Shown: positions 19,277 through 27,717, counted from the first letter of the stretch. The stretch is 32,000 nucleotides of DNA from Candidatus Arthromitus sp. SFB-rat-Yit (GCF_000283555.1 NC_016012.1:330001-362000), one strand, 5' to 3'. The notes: generated by a model not told the origin, from the letters alone. Translations and numbers: made by a program.

Positions 19277-19822
19277 GTGTATTTGGAAATAGAAGTTAAA
19301 ATTTTAGATATAGATATTTGTGATATTAGAAAAAAAATTTTGGAAAATAATGGAGTTCTTGTTAAAAAGGAAAATCAAATTAATAAGTTATTTGATTTTC
19401 TAGATAATAGACTTTTAAAAAATAATGGGTATGCTAGAATTAGAATTATTGAAGATATGATTACGGGTAATGATTTTTATTATATGGCAACTAAAATAAA
19501 GTTATCGAAAGATGATGATGCATATAAGGTCATGGATGAGCAGGAAGTTGTGATTAATAGTTCAGAAATTGGAGAAAACATATTTAAGGTATTGGGATTA
19601 TCCCTTAAAAATGAAATTAAAAAGTATAGAGAGAGTTATAAAATAGATAATGTTTTAATTGAAATTGATATAAATGATAAGGATTTCTACCCTAATCCAT
19701 ATATAGAAATAGAGGGAGATAATATCTCAGAAATAGAAGAAGTTGTGAAGAACTTGGGTTATAGAATGGAGGATACGACTTCAAAGAGTATTTTTGAGAT
19801 TATTAGAGAATCTAAAAAATAA
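19277..19822 (+). CDS. CYTH-domain protein (CyaB-like class IV adenylyl cyclase / triphosphate tunnel metalloenzyme)
   Basis: 181 aa with a GTG (19277) or TTG (19283) start. The N-terminal EIEVK is the ExExK CYTH signature. Also YARIRI and later acidic strands. Confidence 0.75.
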   Translation: MYLEIEVKILDIDICDIRKKILENNGVLVKKENQINKLFDFLDNRLLKNNGYARIRIIEDMITGNDFYYMATKIKLSKDDDAYKVMDEQEVVINSSEIGENIFKVLGLSLKNEIKKYRESYKIDNVLIEIDINDKDFYPNPYIEIEGDNISEIEEVVKNLGYRMEDTTSKSIFEIIRESKK

Positions 19823-19823
19823 A

Positions 19824-19852
19824 ATTGATTAAGAAAAAATATTTTTATATAA
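19824..19852 (+). promoter_or_regulatory. Sigma-A promoter upstream of the riboswitch
   Basis: TTGATT (19824-19829), 17-nt spacer, TATAAT (19847-19852). Confidence 0.6.
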
Positions 19853-19875
19853 TTATTTTGAGTAGAATATTTATA

Positions 19876-20166
19876 TAGGTTAATCAAAAATTAGTTTTGA
19901 TTATTAAAAGGGAAATAGGTTAAATTCCTATACGGTCCCGCCGCCGTGATGTGTAGCGTTTATTTGTATACCACTGGATAATTTCTGGGAAGGTTAATAA
20001 ATGCGATGATACTAAGTCGGAATACCTGCCTATGTAATTGGCTTATAGCTTTACGGAGTATGAGGTTATTTGCGTAGATTCATTATAGATTATTTTTTAT
20101 AGTGTATGTTTGCGTTTAAATAATATTGCCTTGTGGAGATATGGCCATGAGGCGTTTTTATTTTTT
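19876..20166 (+). promoter_or_regulatory. Cobalamin (B12) riboswitch with terminator-type expression platform
   Basis: The aptamer core is AAAGGGAAATAGGTTAAATTCCTATACGGTCCCGCCGCCGTGATG. The B12-box-like AAGTCGGAATACCTGCC lies at about 20014-20030. A terminator hairpin follows. Confidence 0.85.
20128..20166 (+). terminator. Riboswitch attenuator terminator
   Basis: Stem GCCTTGTGG / CCATGAGGC (includes G-U pairs), 8-nt loop, then GTTTTTATTTTTT, immediately before the SD of the binding-protein gene. Confidence 0.7.
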
Positions 20167-20182
20167 AAAAGGGGAGGATATT

Positions 20183-21055
20183 ATGAGATTTTTAAAAAAG
20201 ATTTTGTTATTTACGAGTTTTATATTTATATTTTTTTTATTTGTTTCCTGCAAGGTAAATATGAATGCAGACTTAAAACAAAATTTAGACATTAGAATTG
20301 TTTCATTAGCACCTTCAAATACAGAAATTTTAGTTGGATTAAATTTAGGAAATAATATTATTGGAATTGATCAGTATTCTAAGGGGATTAATGGATTGAA
20401 TGAAAATATTCAGGTATTTGAAATTGGTGATCCTAATATTGAGGCTATACTAAAACTTAATCCTACGCATTTGATATTATCAGGATATACATCAGAATTA
20501 TCTAGATATGTAGAACTTGAAAAAAGTGGAGTTAATGTTATAAATATAGATACTCCAATAAGTGTTCAAGGAATATATGATTCTATCAAGTTGATTGGTA
20601 AGAGTTTTAATAAAGATGATGAAAGTTATGAGATGATTAAATCACTTAAGAGTGATATTGAGAGTATTACAAAAGATAATAAAAATGAAAAAGTAAGTGT
20701 TTATTTTGAAATTTCAAAGGCTCCTTATCTATATAGTTTTGGAAGAAATACATATTTAAATGAAATTATTGAATTATCTGGTGGAAAAAATATATTTAAG
20801 GATTTAGAAGGATGGATTTCTCCGAACGAAGAATCTGTTATAAAAAATAATCCGCAAATAATTTTTACAAATGTAAATGATGAAAGTAATATTTATGAGA
20901 TAAAAAATAGAGTTGGATGGGAAAATGTAGATGCAGTTAAAAACAATAGGATTTATTACATTGATAAGAATATGTCTTCTAGAGCATCCCAATTTTTTAT
21001 AGGTGCTTTAAGGGAAATTGCGAAGTATATAAGAGATTACAGTAATGAAAAGTAA
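20183..21055 (+). CDS. ABC transporter substrate-binding lipoprotein, BtuF/FepB-type (cobalamin or corrinoid inferred from the riboswitch)
   Basis: ATG at 20183 after GGGGAGG. MRFLKKILLFTSFIFIFFLFVSC carries the lipobox. RIVSLAPSNTEIL is typical of BtuF-like proteins. The track start at 20126 would run through the terminator. Confidence 0.8.
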   Translation: MRFLKKILLFTSFIFIFFLFVSCKVNMNADLKQNLDIRIVSLAPSNTEILVGLNLGNNIIGIDQYSKGINGLNENIQVFEIGDPNIEAILKLNPTHLILSGYTSELSRYVELEKSGVNVINIDTPISVQGIYDSIKLIGKSFNKDDESYEMIKSLKSDIESITKDNKNEKVSVYFEISKAPYLYSFGRNTYLNEIIELSGGKNIFKDLEGWISPNEESVIKNNPQIIFTNVNDESNIYEIKNRVGWENVDAVKNNRIYYIDKNMSSRASQFFIGALREIAKYIRDYSNEK

Positions 21056-22064
21056 TATTTTAATTAGATTTATATTTGTCATTGTGATTTCATTTATAGC
21101 TGTTACCTTAGGATTAATAATTGGAGGTGGAGCTGATAACTTAGAAAATATTTTTAGGATAATTTTACATAAATTGTTTGGTATGAATTTGAAAGAAAGT
21201 ATTTCACCAACAGAAGTTAGCATTATCTGGAATATAAGGTTTCCAAGAGTATTATTAGCTTTTATGGTTGGAGGAATGTTATCTGTTAGTGGAGTTATTA
21301 TTCAGTCTGTGCTTAGAAATCCATTAGCATCCTCCTATACTATGGGAATATCTTCAGGTGCTTCCCTAGGAATTGGAATTTTTACAGTAGGGAATATTTC
21401 ATTTTTAGGGTATGATACATCTCCGATAGTTGGGTTTGTTTTCTCGGTTTTAAGTATATTATTTGTTATAAGTTTATGTAGAAAATTTGATAAGAGTATG
21501 TCAAATAATACAATAGTACTTGTTGGTATGGTAATGTCTTTATTTTTAAACTCAATTTTTATTCTTATAACATCTATTAGGCATGAGAGTTTATCATCTA
21601 TAATTGTTTGGCAACTTGGATCATTTTCTTCAAGAGGATGGGAATATATTTTTTCAATTATTCCATGTTTAATTATAGGAGTAATTTTAGCGATATTTTA
21701 TAGTAAAGAGCTTGATATTATAACTTTTGGAGATGATATGAGTAAATCTGTTGGAGTAAACGTATCTAGAATAAAAATAGTCATGTTAATACTTGTTTCC
21801 ATATTAACTGGAGCGAGTATTGCAGCTAGTGGAGTTATAGGTTTTATTGATTTAATTGTTCCACATATATCGAGGAAATTATTTGGATCAAAGCATATTG
21901 TAGTTATATTATCTAGCTTATTTATTGGTGGGATTTTGATGGTGCTTTTTGATATTATATCTAGAACTATAATTTATCCGGCAGAAATTCCCATAGCTAC
22001 GATTAATGCACTAATAGGTACGCCTATATTTTGTTATATTTTCTTTAGGGAATATAGGAGGTAA
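21045..22064 (+). CDS. ABC transporter permease, FecCD/BtuC family
   Basis: 339 aa. It overlaps the upstream gene by 11 nt. Motifs RFPRVLLAFMVGGMLSVSG and LIVPHISRKL are typical of FecCD. Confidence 0.9.
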   Translation: MKSNILIRFIFVIVISFIAVTLGLIIGGGADNLENIFRIILHKLFGMNLKESISPTEVSIIWNIRFPRVLLAFMVGGMLSVSGVIIQSVLRNPLASSYTMGISSGASLGIGIFTVGNISFLGYDTSPIVGFVFSVLSILFVISLCRKFDKSMSNNTIVLVGMVMSLFLNSIFILITSIRHESLSSIIVWQLGSFSSRGWEYIFSIIPCLIIGVILAIFYSKELDIITFGDDMSKSVGVNVSRIKIVMLILVSILTGASIAASGVIGFIDLIVPHISRKLFGSKHIVVILSSLFIGGILMVLFDIISRTIIYPAEIPIATINALIGTPIFCYIFFREYRR

Positions 22065-22069
22065 TAAAA

Positions 22070-22825
22070 ATTTTAGAAGTTTCAAATTTAAGTTATTCTT
22101 ATGATAAAGATTTTAAAATATTAGATAATATTAGTTTTTCTCTTAAAAGTGGAGAACATTTGAGCATAATAGGATTAAATGGATGTGGTAAATCGACATT
22201 ATTAAAATGCATATGTAATTTTTTGAATTATGAAGGAAGTATAAAAATTAATGAGTTAGAAGTTAAAAAATTTAAAAATAGAGAGCTTTCAAAAAATGTT
22301 ACTATTTTATTCCAACAAACCGATATGTATTTTGATTATAAAGTTTTGGATGTTGTAAAGTTCGGGAGATATAGTAATTATAAAAAATGGAAATTTGTGC
22401 GAGAATATGATGAAGATTTAGACATCATATTAAAAAATATGGGAATATATCATTTGAAAAATAGATTTATGAGCGAGCTATCCGGCGGAGAGAAGCAGAG
22501 AGTTTTTATATCTAGGATTTTATACCAAGACCCATACATAATTTTATTAGATGAATTTAATAACAATATGGATTTGAAAACTCAAATTTATATTATAGAA
22601 AATTTTAAAGAAATTTTTAAAGACAAGATAATTTTATCAGTTTTTCATGATTTAAACATAGTAAGGAATTTAAATACTTTGGTAATGGTACTTAAAGATT
22701 GTAAAGTTTATAAATATGGAGATGTTGATAACATATTTAATAAAAATGTATTAAAGAGTGTATATGGAGTAGATGTTGAAAAATTTATGATAGACTCCCT
22801 TAATAAATGGAATAAAAATATATAG
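22070..22825 (+). CDS. ABC transporter ATP-binding protein (BtuD/FecE-like), probable non-canonical ATT start
   Basis: Walker A GLNGCGKST, Q-loop FQQTD, signature LSGGEKQRV, Walker B IILLDEF, H-loop FHDLN. The frame is open from 22058 and encodes the conserved ILEVSNLSYSY strand, but has no ATG/GTG/TTG before 22160. Confidence 0.75.
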   Translation: MLEVSNLSYSYDKDFKILDNISFSLKSGEHLSIIGLNGCGKSTLLKCICNFLNYEGSIKINELEVKKFKNRELSKNVTILFQQTDMYFDYKVLDVVKFGRYSNYKKWKFVREYDEDLDIILKNMGIYHLKNRFMSELSGGEKQRVFISRILYQDPYIILLDEFNNNMDLKTQIYIIENFKEIFKDKIILSVFHDLNIVRNLNTLVMVLKDCKVYKYGDVDNIFNKNVLKSVYGVDVEKFMIDSLNKWNKNI

Positions 22826-22850
22826 TTTTAATTAACGAAGGAGGTAATTA

Positions 22851-23495
22851 ATGGTGATAGTTGTTGGTGGTATGATTGGTCTTGGTAAGACAAGCGTTTC
22901 AGAAATCATAGCAAAAGAATTAAATTCTAAGGTATTTTATGAAAGCGTGGATGATAATCCTATTTTACCACTTTTTTATAGTTCAACAGATGAGGAGATA
23001 AAATTAAATAGATATCCATTTTTGTTACAATTATTTTTTTTAAATAAGAGGTTTAAATCTATAAAAGAAGCACTTATTGGTGAAAATAATGTATTAGATA
23101 GAAGTATATATGAAGATTGGTATTTTTGTAAGAAAAATATGGAACTTGGAAGAATTTCAGAACTTGAAATGAGTGTGTATGAATCTTTATTAAATAATAT
23201 GATGGAGGAACTTAAAGAACTTCCAAAGAAGAGTCCAGATTTATTTATATATTTAAAGGGAGGTTTTGATACAGTTATAAACAGGATAAACAAAAGAGGT
23301 AGAACTTATGAGCTTGATGAAAAACTTGTAGATTATTATAGATATATTTGGGAAGGGTACGATGATTGGATGTATAATATATATAAAAGTTCTCCAGTTT
23401 TAACTATTGATATGGACAAACTAGATGTTGTAAGTAGTGTTGAAGATAGAAATTATTTAATAAGTGCCGTTAAAGAAAAATTAGAATTAGTTTAG
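22851..23495 (+). CDS. Deoxynucleoside kinase (dAK/dGK/dCK family)
   Basis: 214 aa. P-loop GGMIGLGKTS, DRSIYED (the ERS/DRS motif) and the lid INKRGRTYE. Confidence 0.85.
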   Translation: MVIVVGGMIGLGKTSVSEIIAKELNSKVFYESVDDNPILPLFYSSTDEEIKLNRYPFLLQLFFLNKRFKSIKEALIGENNVLDRSIYEDWYFCKKNMELGRISELEMSVYESLLNNMMEELKELPKKSPDLFIYLKGGFDTVINRINKRGRTYELDEKLVDYYRYIWEGYDDWMYNIYKSSPVLTIDMDKLDVVSSVEDRNYLISAVKEKLELV

Positions 23496-23542
23496 TATTT
23501 TTTTATATATTATCAAAATGATGATGAAATTGTTTTTGTATA

Positions 23543-23571
23543 TGGACGTTTTAGATAAGATATTTTATAAT
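23543..23571 (+). promoter_or_regulatory. Possible promoter of deoD
   Basis: TGGACG, 17-nt spacer, TATAAT (23566-23571). The -35 is weak. Confidence 0.35.
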
Positions 23572-23615
23572 GTTGTAACAACACTTATATATTTTGATTT
23601 TAGGAGGGAATTATA

Positions 23616-24317
23616 ATGAATACTCCTCATATTAACACTGGTGGGAATAAGATTGCAGAGAGTATATTATTACCTGGAGATCCGCTTAGATGTAAGTTTA
23701 TTGCAGAAAATTATTTGACTGATGTAGTACAATTTAATTCTGTAAGAAACATGCTTGGTTTTACAGGGAAGTATAAAGGTAAGGAAGTTTCAGTAATGGG
23801 GACAGGAATGGGAATGCCTAGTATAGGTATATATTCCTATGAACTTATAACTAAATTTGAAGTAAAGAATTTAATTAGAATTGGTAGTTGTGGAGCGATA
23901 CAAGAGAACTTAAAATTATATGATATAGTTATAGGGCAAGGAGCATCAACTAATTCAAATTTTGCATCTCAATATGGACTTCCAGGAACATTTGCACCTA
24001 TAGCATCTTATGAATTGTTATTTAAGGCTGTTGAATCTGCAAATAAGCTAGGTATCCATGTAAATATAGGGAATATACTTTCATCAGATATTTTTTATGA
24101 TGATAATAAAGATTCATATTTATTATGGAAAAAGATGGGAGTATTAGCTATTGAGATGGAAGCAGCAGCATTATATATGAATGCGGCAAGACTTGGAGCC
24201 AAAGCACTTTGTATATTAACAGTAAGTGATAGTATAGTAAATCATGAGGAAACTACAGCTGAAGAAAGGCAAACTGCATTTCATAAAATGATGGAGATTT
24301 CTTTAGATATGATATAG
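23616..24317 (+). CDS. deoD: Purine nucleoside phosphorylase, DeoD type
   Basis: 233 aa. Motifs TPHINTGGNKIAESILLPGDPLR, GTGMGMPS and LAIEMEAAALY. Confidence 0.92.
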   Translation: MNTPHINTGGNKIAESILLPGDPLRCKFIAENYLTDVVQFNSVRNMLGFTGKYKGKEVSVMGTGMGMPSIGIYSYELITKFEVKNLIRIGSCGAIQENLKLYDIVIGQGASTNSNFASQYGLPGTFAPIASYELLFKAVESANKLGIHVNIGNILSSDIFYDDNKDSYLLWKKMGVLAIEMEAAALYMNAARLGAKALCILTVSDSIVNHEETTAEERQTAFHKMMEISLDMI

Positions 24318-24356
24318 CATTTTGTTATCAATATTAAAATACATAAATATTTTTAT

Positions 24357-24390
24357 AGATCCCTATTTTTTAATAGAGGATCTGTTTTTT
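24357..24390 (+). terminator. Terminator after deoD
   Basis: Stem AGATCCCTATT / AATAG(A)GGATCT with a one-nt bulge, loop TTTT, then GTTTTTT. Confidence 0.7.
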
Positions 24391-24606
24391 ATATTTGTTA
24401 TAGCTAATATAAAATATAGTGTAATAACTGGTATGACAAAATATATTAAGGAAATGAGTAATCTGATTTTATCAATAACTTTATTTTTCAAATTATATAG
24501 ATGGTAATGAAATATATCATATTTTTAATTATATCTCAATAATAATTGATGTGTGCATTTTTATATAAAGAGAATATATAAGCAATAAATAGGAGCTAAA
24601 TAGTTA

Positions 24607-26967
24607 GTGTTATATTTATGTAGTTTAATAATTGCTAATATATATATATATATATTCTTATATATTTTTAGATTTAAAGTATTGGATTTTATAAAAAAGT
24701 TTATATTTAGATTAGTACCAGAATTATTTGTAGTAATTTATATAAGTTTTTTTATGATAAGTATAATTAATTCTAAAATAATTAATTCTTTAAGTAAAAC
24801 CCAAATATATAATGTTGCTAATCAAATAAATAATATATTCTTTCATAAATTTTATGATTTAACATTGTTTGATTTTATCGTAATATTATTATGTATTTAT
24901 TTAATTTTTATTATTATTATGACTTGTTTTAAAAAGGGTTATATAAATAAGCTTAGGTATTTGAAATGTACAATAGTGTATAAATATTTTACTGAAATAA
25001 AGGTTGTAGTTATAATATTCTATATTGTTTATCTTGTGCTATTATATATATCAAGAGAATATTTTATATATGATTTTAGTCATTATATGGGAATATTTAC
25101 GATATTTAATATATACTTTACTTTGGATTTATTTCTAATGATGATTGAGCTTGAGTTTTTGTTATTACCAGATTTATTTGAAAATAAAGTAAGCAAATTC
25201 AGTAAGAAAAGTTTTATTAAAGATGATAATTATATTATATATGATTTTAATATGATGTTTGACGAGAAGAAACATTTATTTGTAGAATTGTGTAATTATT
25301 TAAAATATTATCATAAAGAGCCATTAACTATATGTATAGATGGTGAATCAGGGGTTGGTAAAAGTACTTTTTCATGTGTATTGCAGAAAGAATTAAATAG
25401 GAATTATTACGTATTTAATATTAATAGTCTTATATTTACAGAGAATAATAAATTAAACGATTATTTTAATTATGTAATAGAAAATTTATTTAAGGCATAT
25501 GGGATATATAATTCTAAATCTCTGAAAAATTATATGAATATAATAAATTATGTCATGAATGATAAAGTGTCAAATTTGGTTAATTATTTTATGAACGATA
25601 AAATTCAAAAAAATTATTTTGAAATCAAAGATGAAATAAATAGCTGTATAGTTAAGATATTTGGAAATAAATCTAAATCAAAGATGAAAAAAGGAATTAT
25701 ATTTATAATAGATGATTTAGAGAGGATTTATAACGATTCTCAAATAGTAAATATATTAATTTTTTCCCAATATATATTGGGATTTGATTATATAAAATTT
25801 ATTTTAGTAACAAACTTAGAAATATTGAAAAATAAGATAGATAACCAGTATTTGGATATGTTTATACACAAAATATTTAAGATAGATAGTACAAGTACCA
25901 ATGATATATTATCCAAATATTTTGGAGAATTAAATAAAATTAAGATACATGATAATGATAATTTAGATATATCTGTTTGGTTAACACATTTATTTGATAT
26001 AGAATTTGATAAATATATTAAAGAGTTCGGAGTATATCTTTATAATAATGTGAATTTAGAATATTATATATTGAAAAAGAAATGGATAGAGTATAAGCGA
26101 ATATTATTAGAAGATTTGAAAAATAGAGGATTATTAGATAGTAATAATAACATTACATTTAATTTTAAGAATTCTGGATATGAAATGATAAGTGAATATT
26201 ATAATTATATATATATTAAAAAGTATTTTTTAGGTGATAATAGAGAGATAATTTTAGATAATATATATAATTTAATAAAAGATGAATGTATTAATATGAA
26301 TTTATACGATGACGAACAAGTTATAGCCATATGGATATATATGGAAAAAAATAATCAATTATCGAGTTTTCTTAAATTCAATATAAATCATTATCGAGTT
26401 TATAAAAATTTAACTTTATATAAAAATAATATGAATAAAGTAAATTATTTAATAGATTTGAAATTAGATAATAGTCCTAGAAATTTGAAAAGGCAAGTTT
26501 CATTTTTCTTATATAGTTTTGAAAAATTAGATAAGTATTTATGTGAATTTAAAGATAATAAAAATTTTTGTTATATTTTAGATATAGTTAACCAAAGAGA
26601 TTTTATATTATTTTTTATGGTAATATGTTTTTTTAGGGTATCGAATTTTATAGTTTATGATTCTTATGATAATAGCCGTAAATCTGATACTATAAATATT
26701 TTGAGTATATATAGATTTATTATATCAAATTATGAAATTCTTAAGGGGTATTCTGTAAAAGGTATTACATCATTTGTATATGATAATATAGATAAAATAG
26801 ATATAGATAAGTATATAAATTTAAAGGGGTTTGATAAAGATATAAATTATATATATTTATGTTTTTATATACAAACCTATATATATAAGAAATTAATATT
26901 AGAAGATGTTAATGAAGAGTGTTTTGAAATATTAGTTAAGTTTATATGTAATTTAATAAGTGTTTAA
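24607..26967 (+). CDS. Membrane-anchored KAP-like P-loop NTPase (about 5 N-terminal TM helices + NTPase + ~400-aa unknown C-terminal region)
   Basis: 786 aa, GTG start 12 nt after AGGAG. Hydrophobic helices span residues 1-190. Walker A is LTICIDGESGVGKSTF. Walker B with the KAP-type DDLxR motif is GIIFIIDDLERIY, followed by FILVTN. The protein is extremely I/N/K/Y/F rich. Confidence 0.6.
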   Translation: MLYLCSLIIANIYIYIFLYIFRFKVLDFIKKFIFRLVPELFVVIYISFFMISIINSKIINSLSKTQIYNVANQINNIFFHKFYDLTLFDFIVILLCIYLIFIIIMTCFKKGYINKLRYLKCTIVYKYFTEIKVVVIIFYIVYLVLLYISREYFIYDFSHYMGIFTIFNIYFTLDLFLMMIELEFLLLPDLFENKVSKFSKKSFIKDDNYIIYDFNMMFDEKKHLFVELCNYLKYYHKEPLTICIDGESGVGKSTFSCVLQKELNRNYYVFNINSLIFTENNKLNDYFNYVIENLFKAYGIYNSKSLKNYMNIINYVMNDKVSNLVNYFMNDKIQKNYFEIKDEINSCIVKIFGNKSKSKMKKGIIFIIDDLERIYNDSQIVNILIFSQYILGFDYIKFILVTNLEILKNKIDNQYLDMFIHKIFKIDSTSTNDILSKYFGELNKIKIHDNDNLDISVWLTHLFDIEFDKYIKEFGVYLYNNVNLEYYILKKKWIEYKRILLEDLKNRGLLDSNNNITFNFKNSGYEMISEYYNYIYIKKYFLGDNREIILDNIYNLIKDECINMNLYDDEQVIAIWIYMEKNNQLSSFLKFNINHYRVYKNLTLYKNNMNKVNYLIDLKLDNSPRNLKRQVSFFLYSFEKLDKYLCEFKDNKNFCYILDIVNQRDFILFFMVICFFRVSNFIVYDSYDNSRKSDTINILSIYRFIISNYEILKGYSVKGITSFVYDNIDKIDIDKYINLKGFDKDINYIYLCFYIQTYIYKKLILEDVNEECFEILVKFICNLISV
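24638..24655 (+). repeat. (AT)9 dinucleotide microsatellite inside codons 11-17 of the KAP-like gene
   Basis: Counted directly: atatatatatatatatat at 24638-24655. Confidence 0.95.
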
Positions 26968-26969
26968 AA

Positions 26970-27004
26970 ATAAGGTAACTATATAAATTAGTTACCTTAT
27001 TTAT
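26970..27004. terminator. Hairpin terminator after the KAP-like gene
   Basis: Perfect 11-bp stem ATAAGGTAACT / AGTTACCTTAT with a 9-nt loop. The downstream T-tract is weak (TTATATAT). An A-run lies upstream, so it could also act on the opposite strand. Confidence 0.6.
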
Positions 27005-27126
27005 ATATAATTTAAATTTTGTATTAAATTGTTAAATTATTTTTTTAAAAATTAATAAGTAGTGATGTTAAATTAGTATATAAATTCATTGATTTTCACA
27101 AAATATGTTATGAGCTTTTTAATTTT

Positions 27127-27717
27127 GTGGGAGAAGTATTGATTATTATGGGACTTAATATTTTAGATAGGTTAATAGAATATGCTATAATAGATATTTT
27201 TGAGGATACTAAGCTTAAAATTTTGGGGTTTCCATATAAATGTAAGTTCGTGAAGAGAAGAGAGCAAGATAATTTTTACATAAAAGATGCAGTGCTTAAT
27301 TTTACTATGATGACTCAAAAAAATAAGATCATACATTTTGAATTTAAAAAAGAATATTTTTATAATGATATATATAAGTTTCTAGTATATTCATCATTTC
27401 TCATATATGAAAATAAGTATGATTATGAATTAGTTTTAGTTTACCCACAGAGATCTCGTAAAATAGTAAAAAATATGGCATTTACATCTCTAAGATTTTT
27501 TTATACAGATATGTATTTAGATTGTTTTAATGGAGATAAGATTTTAATGAAATTATCAGCTAAGGCGGCTAAAAAGAAGAAGTTTACTGATGAAGAGTAT
27601 TTGATACTTTCTCTTACTCCATATATGTATTCAAAGAGAGAGAAGATAACATTGATACTTGAAGGGCTAAGGTTAGCAAATGATTTGAATACAAAAAAAA
27701 ACATAGTGTTATTATAA
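27127..27717 (+). CDS. Rpn/YhgA-like PD-(D/E)XK nuclease, N-terminal (catalytic) portion
   Basis: 196 aa from GTG 27127 (or 189 aa from ATG 27148). KDAVLNF...(17 aa)...IIHFEFKKEY gives a D...ExK arrangement, like the xDxv...hiEfQ core of Rpn/putative-transposase nucleases. The gene ends just after an A9 run. Confidence 0.55.
   Translation: MGEVLIIMGLNILDRLIEYAIIDIFEDTKLKILGFPYKCKFVKRREQDNFYIKDAVLNFTMMTQKNKIIHFEFKKEYFYNDIYKFLVYSSFLIYENKYDYELVLVYPQRSRKIVKNMAFTSLRFFYTDMYLDCFNGDKILMKLSAKAAKKKKFTDEEYLILSLTPYMYSKREKITLILEGLRLANDLNTKKNIVLL
27693..27701 (+). repeat. A9 homopolymer at the junction of the two Rpn-like ORFs
   Basis: Counted directly. One extra A would fuse frame 1 (27127-) to the frame open from 27684 through 28007. 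Confidence 0.95.

Noticed and set aside
20110-20295. Track ORFs 20110-20295 and the 20126 extension of the binding-protein gene.
   Set aside because: They run through the riboswitch terminator hairpin and U-tract. The SD plus ATG at 20183 gives a proper lipoprotein signal peptide.
22160-22825. TTG 22160 as the start of the ABC ATPase, as in the ORF track.
   Set aside because: It would remove about 30 conserved N-terminal residues that are clearly encoded in frame upstream, and it has no SD. ATT 22070 behind AGGAGG is preferred (see findings).
24322-24507. 61-aa ORF immediately after deoD, a possible small hydrophobic peptide at the islet border.
   Set aside because: It spans the deoD terminator hairpin, has no SD, and its composition simply reflects AT-rich intergenic DNA.
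25545-25605. Short internal duplication in the KAP-like gene (NYVMNDK ... NYFMNDK).
   Set aside because: It is only a ~20-nt imperfect duplication in a highly biased sequence, too small to call a domain repeat.
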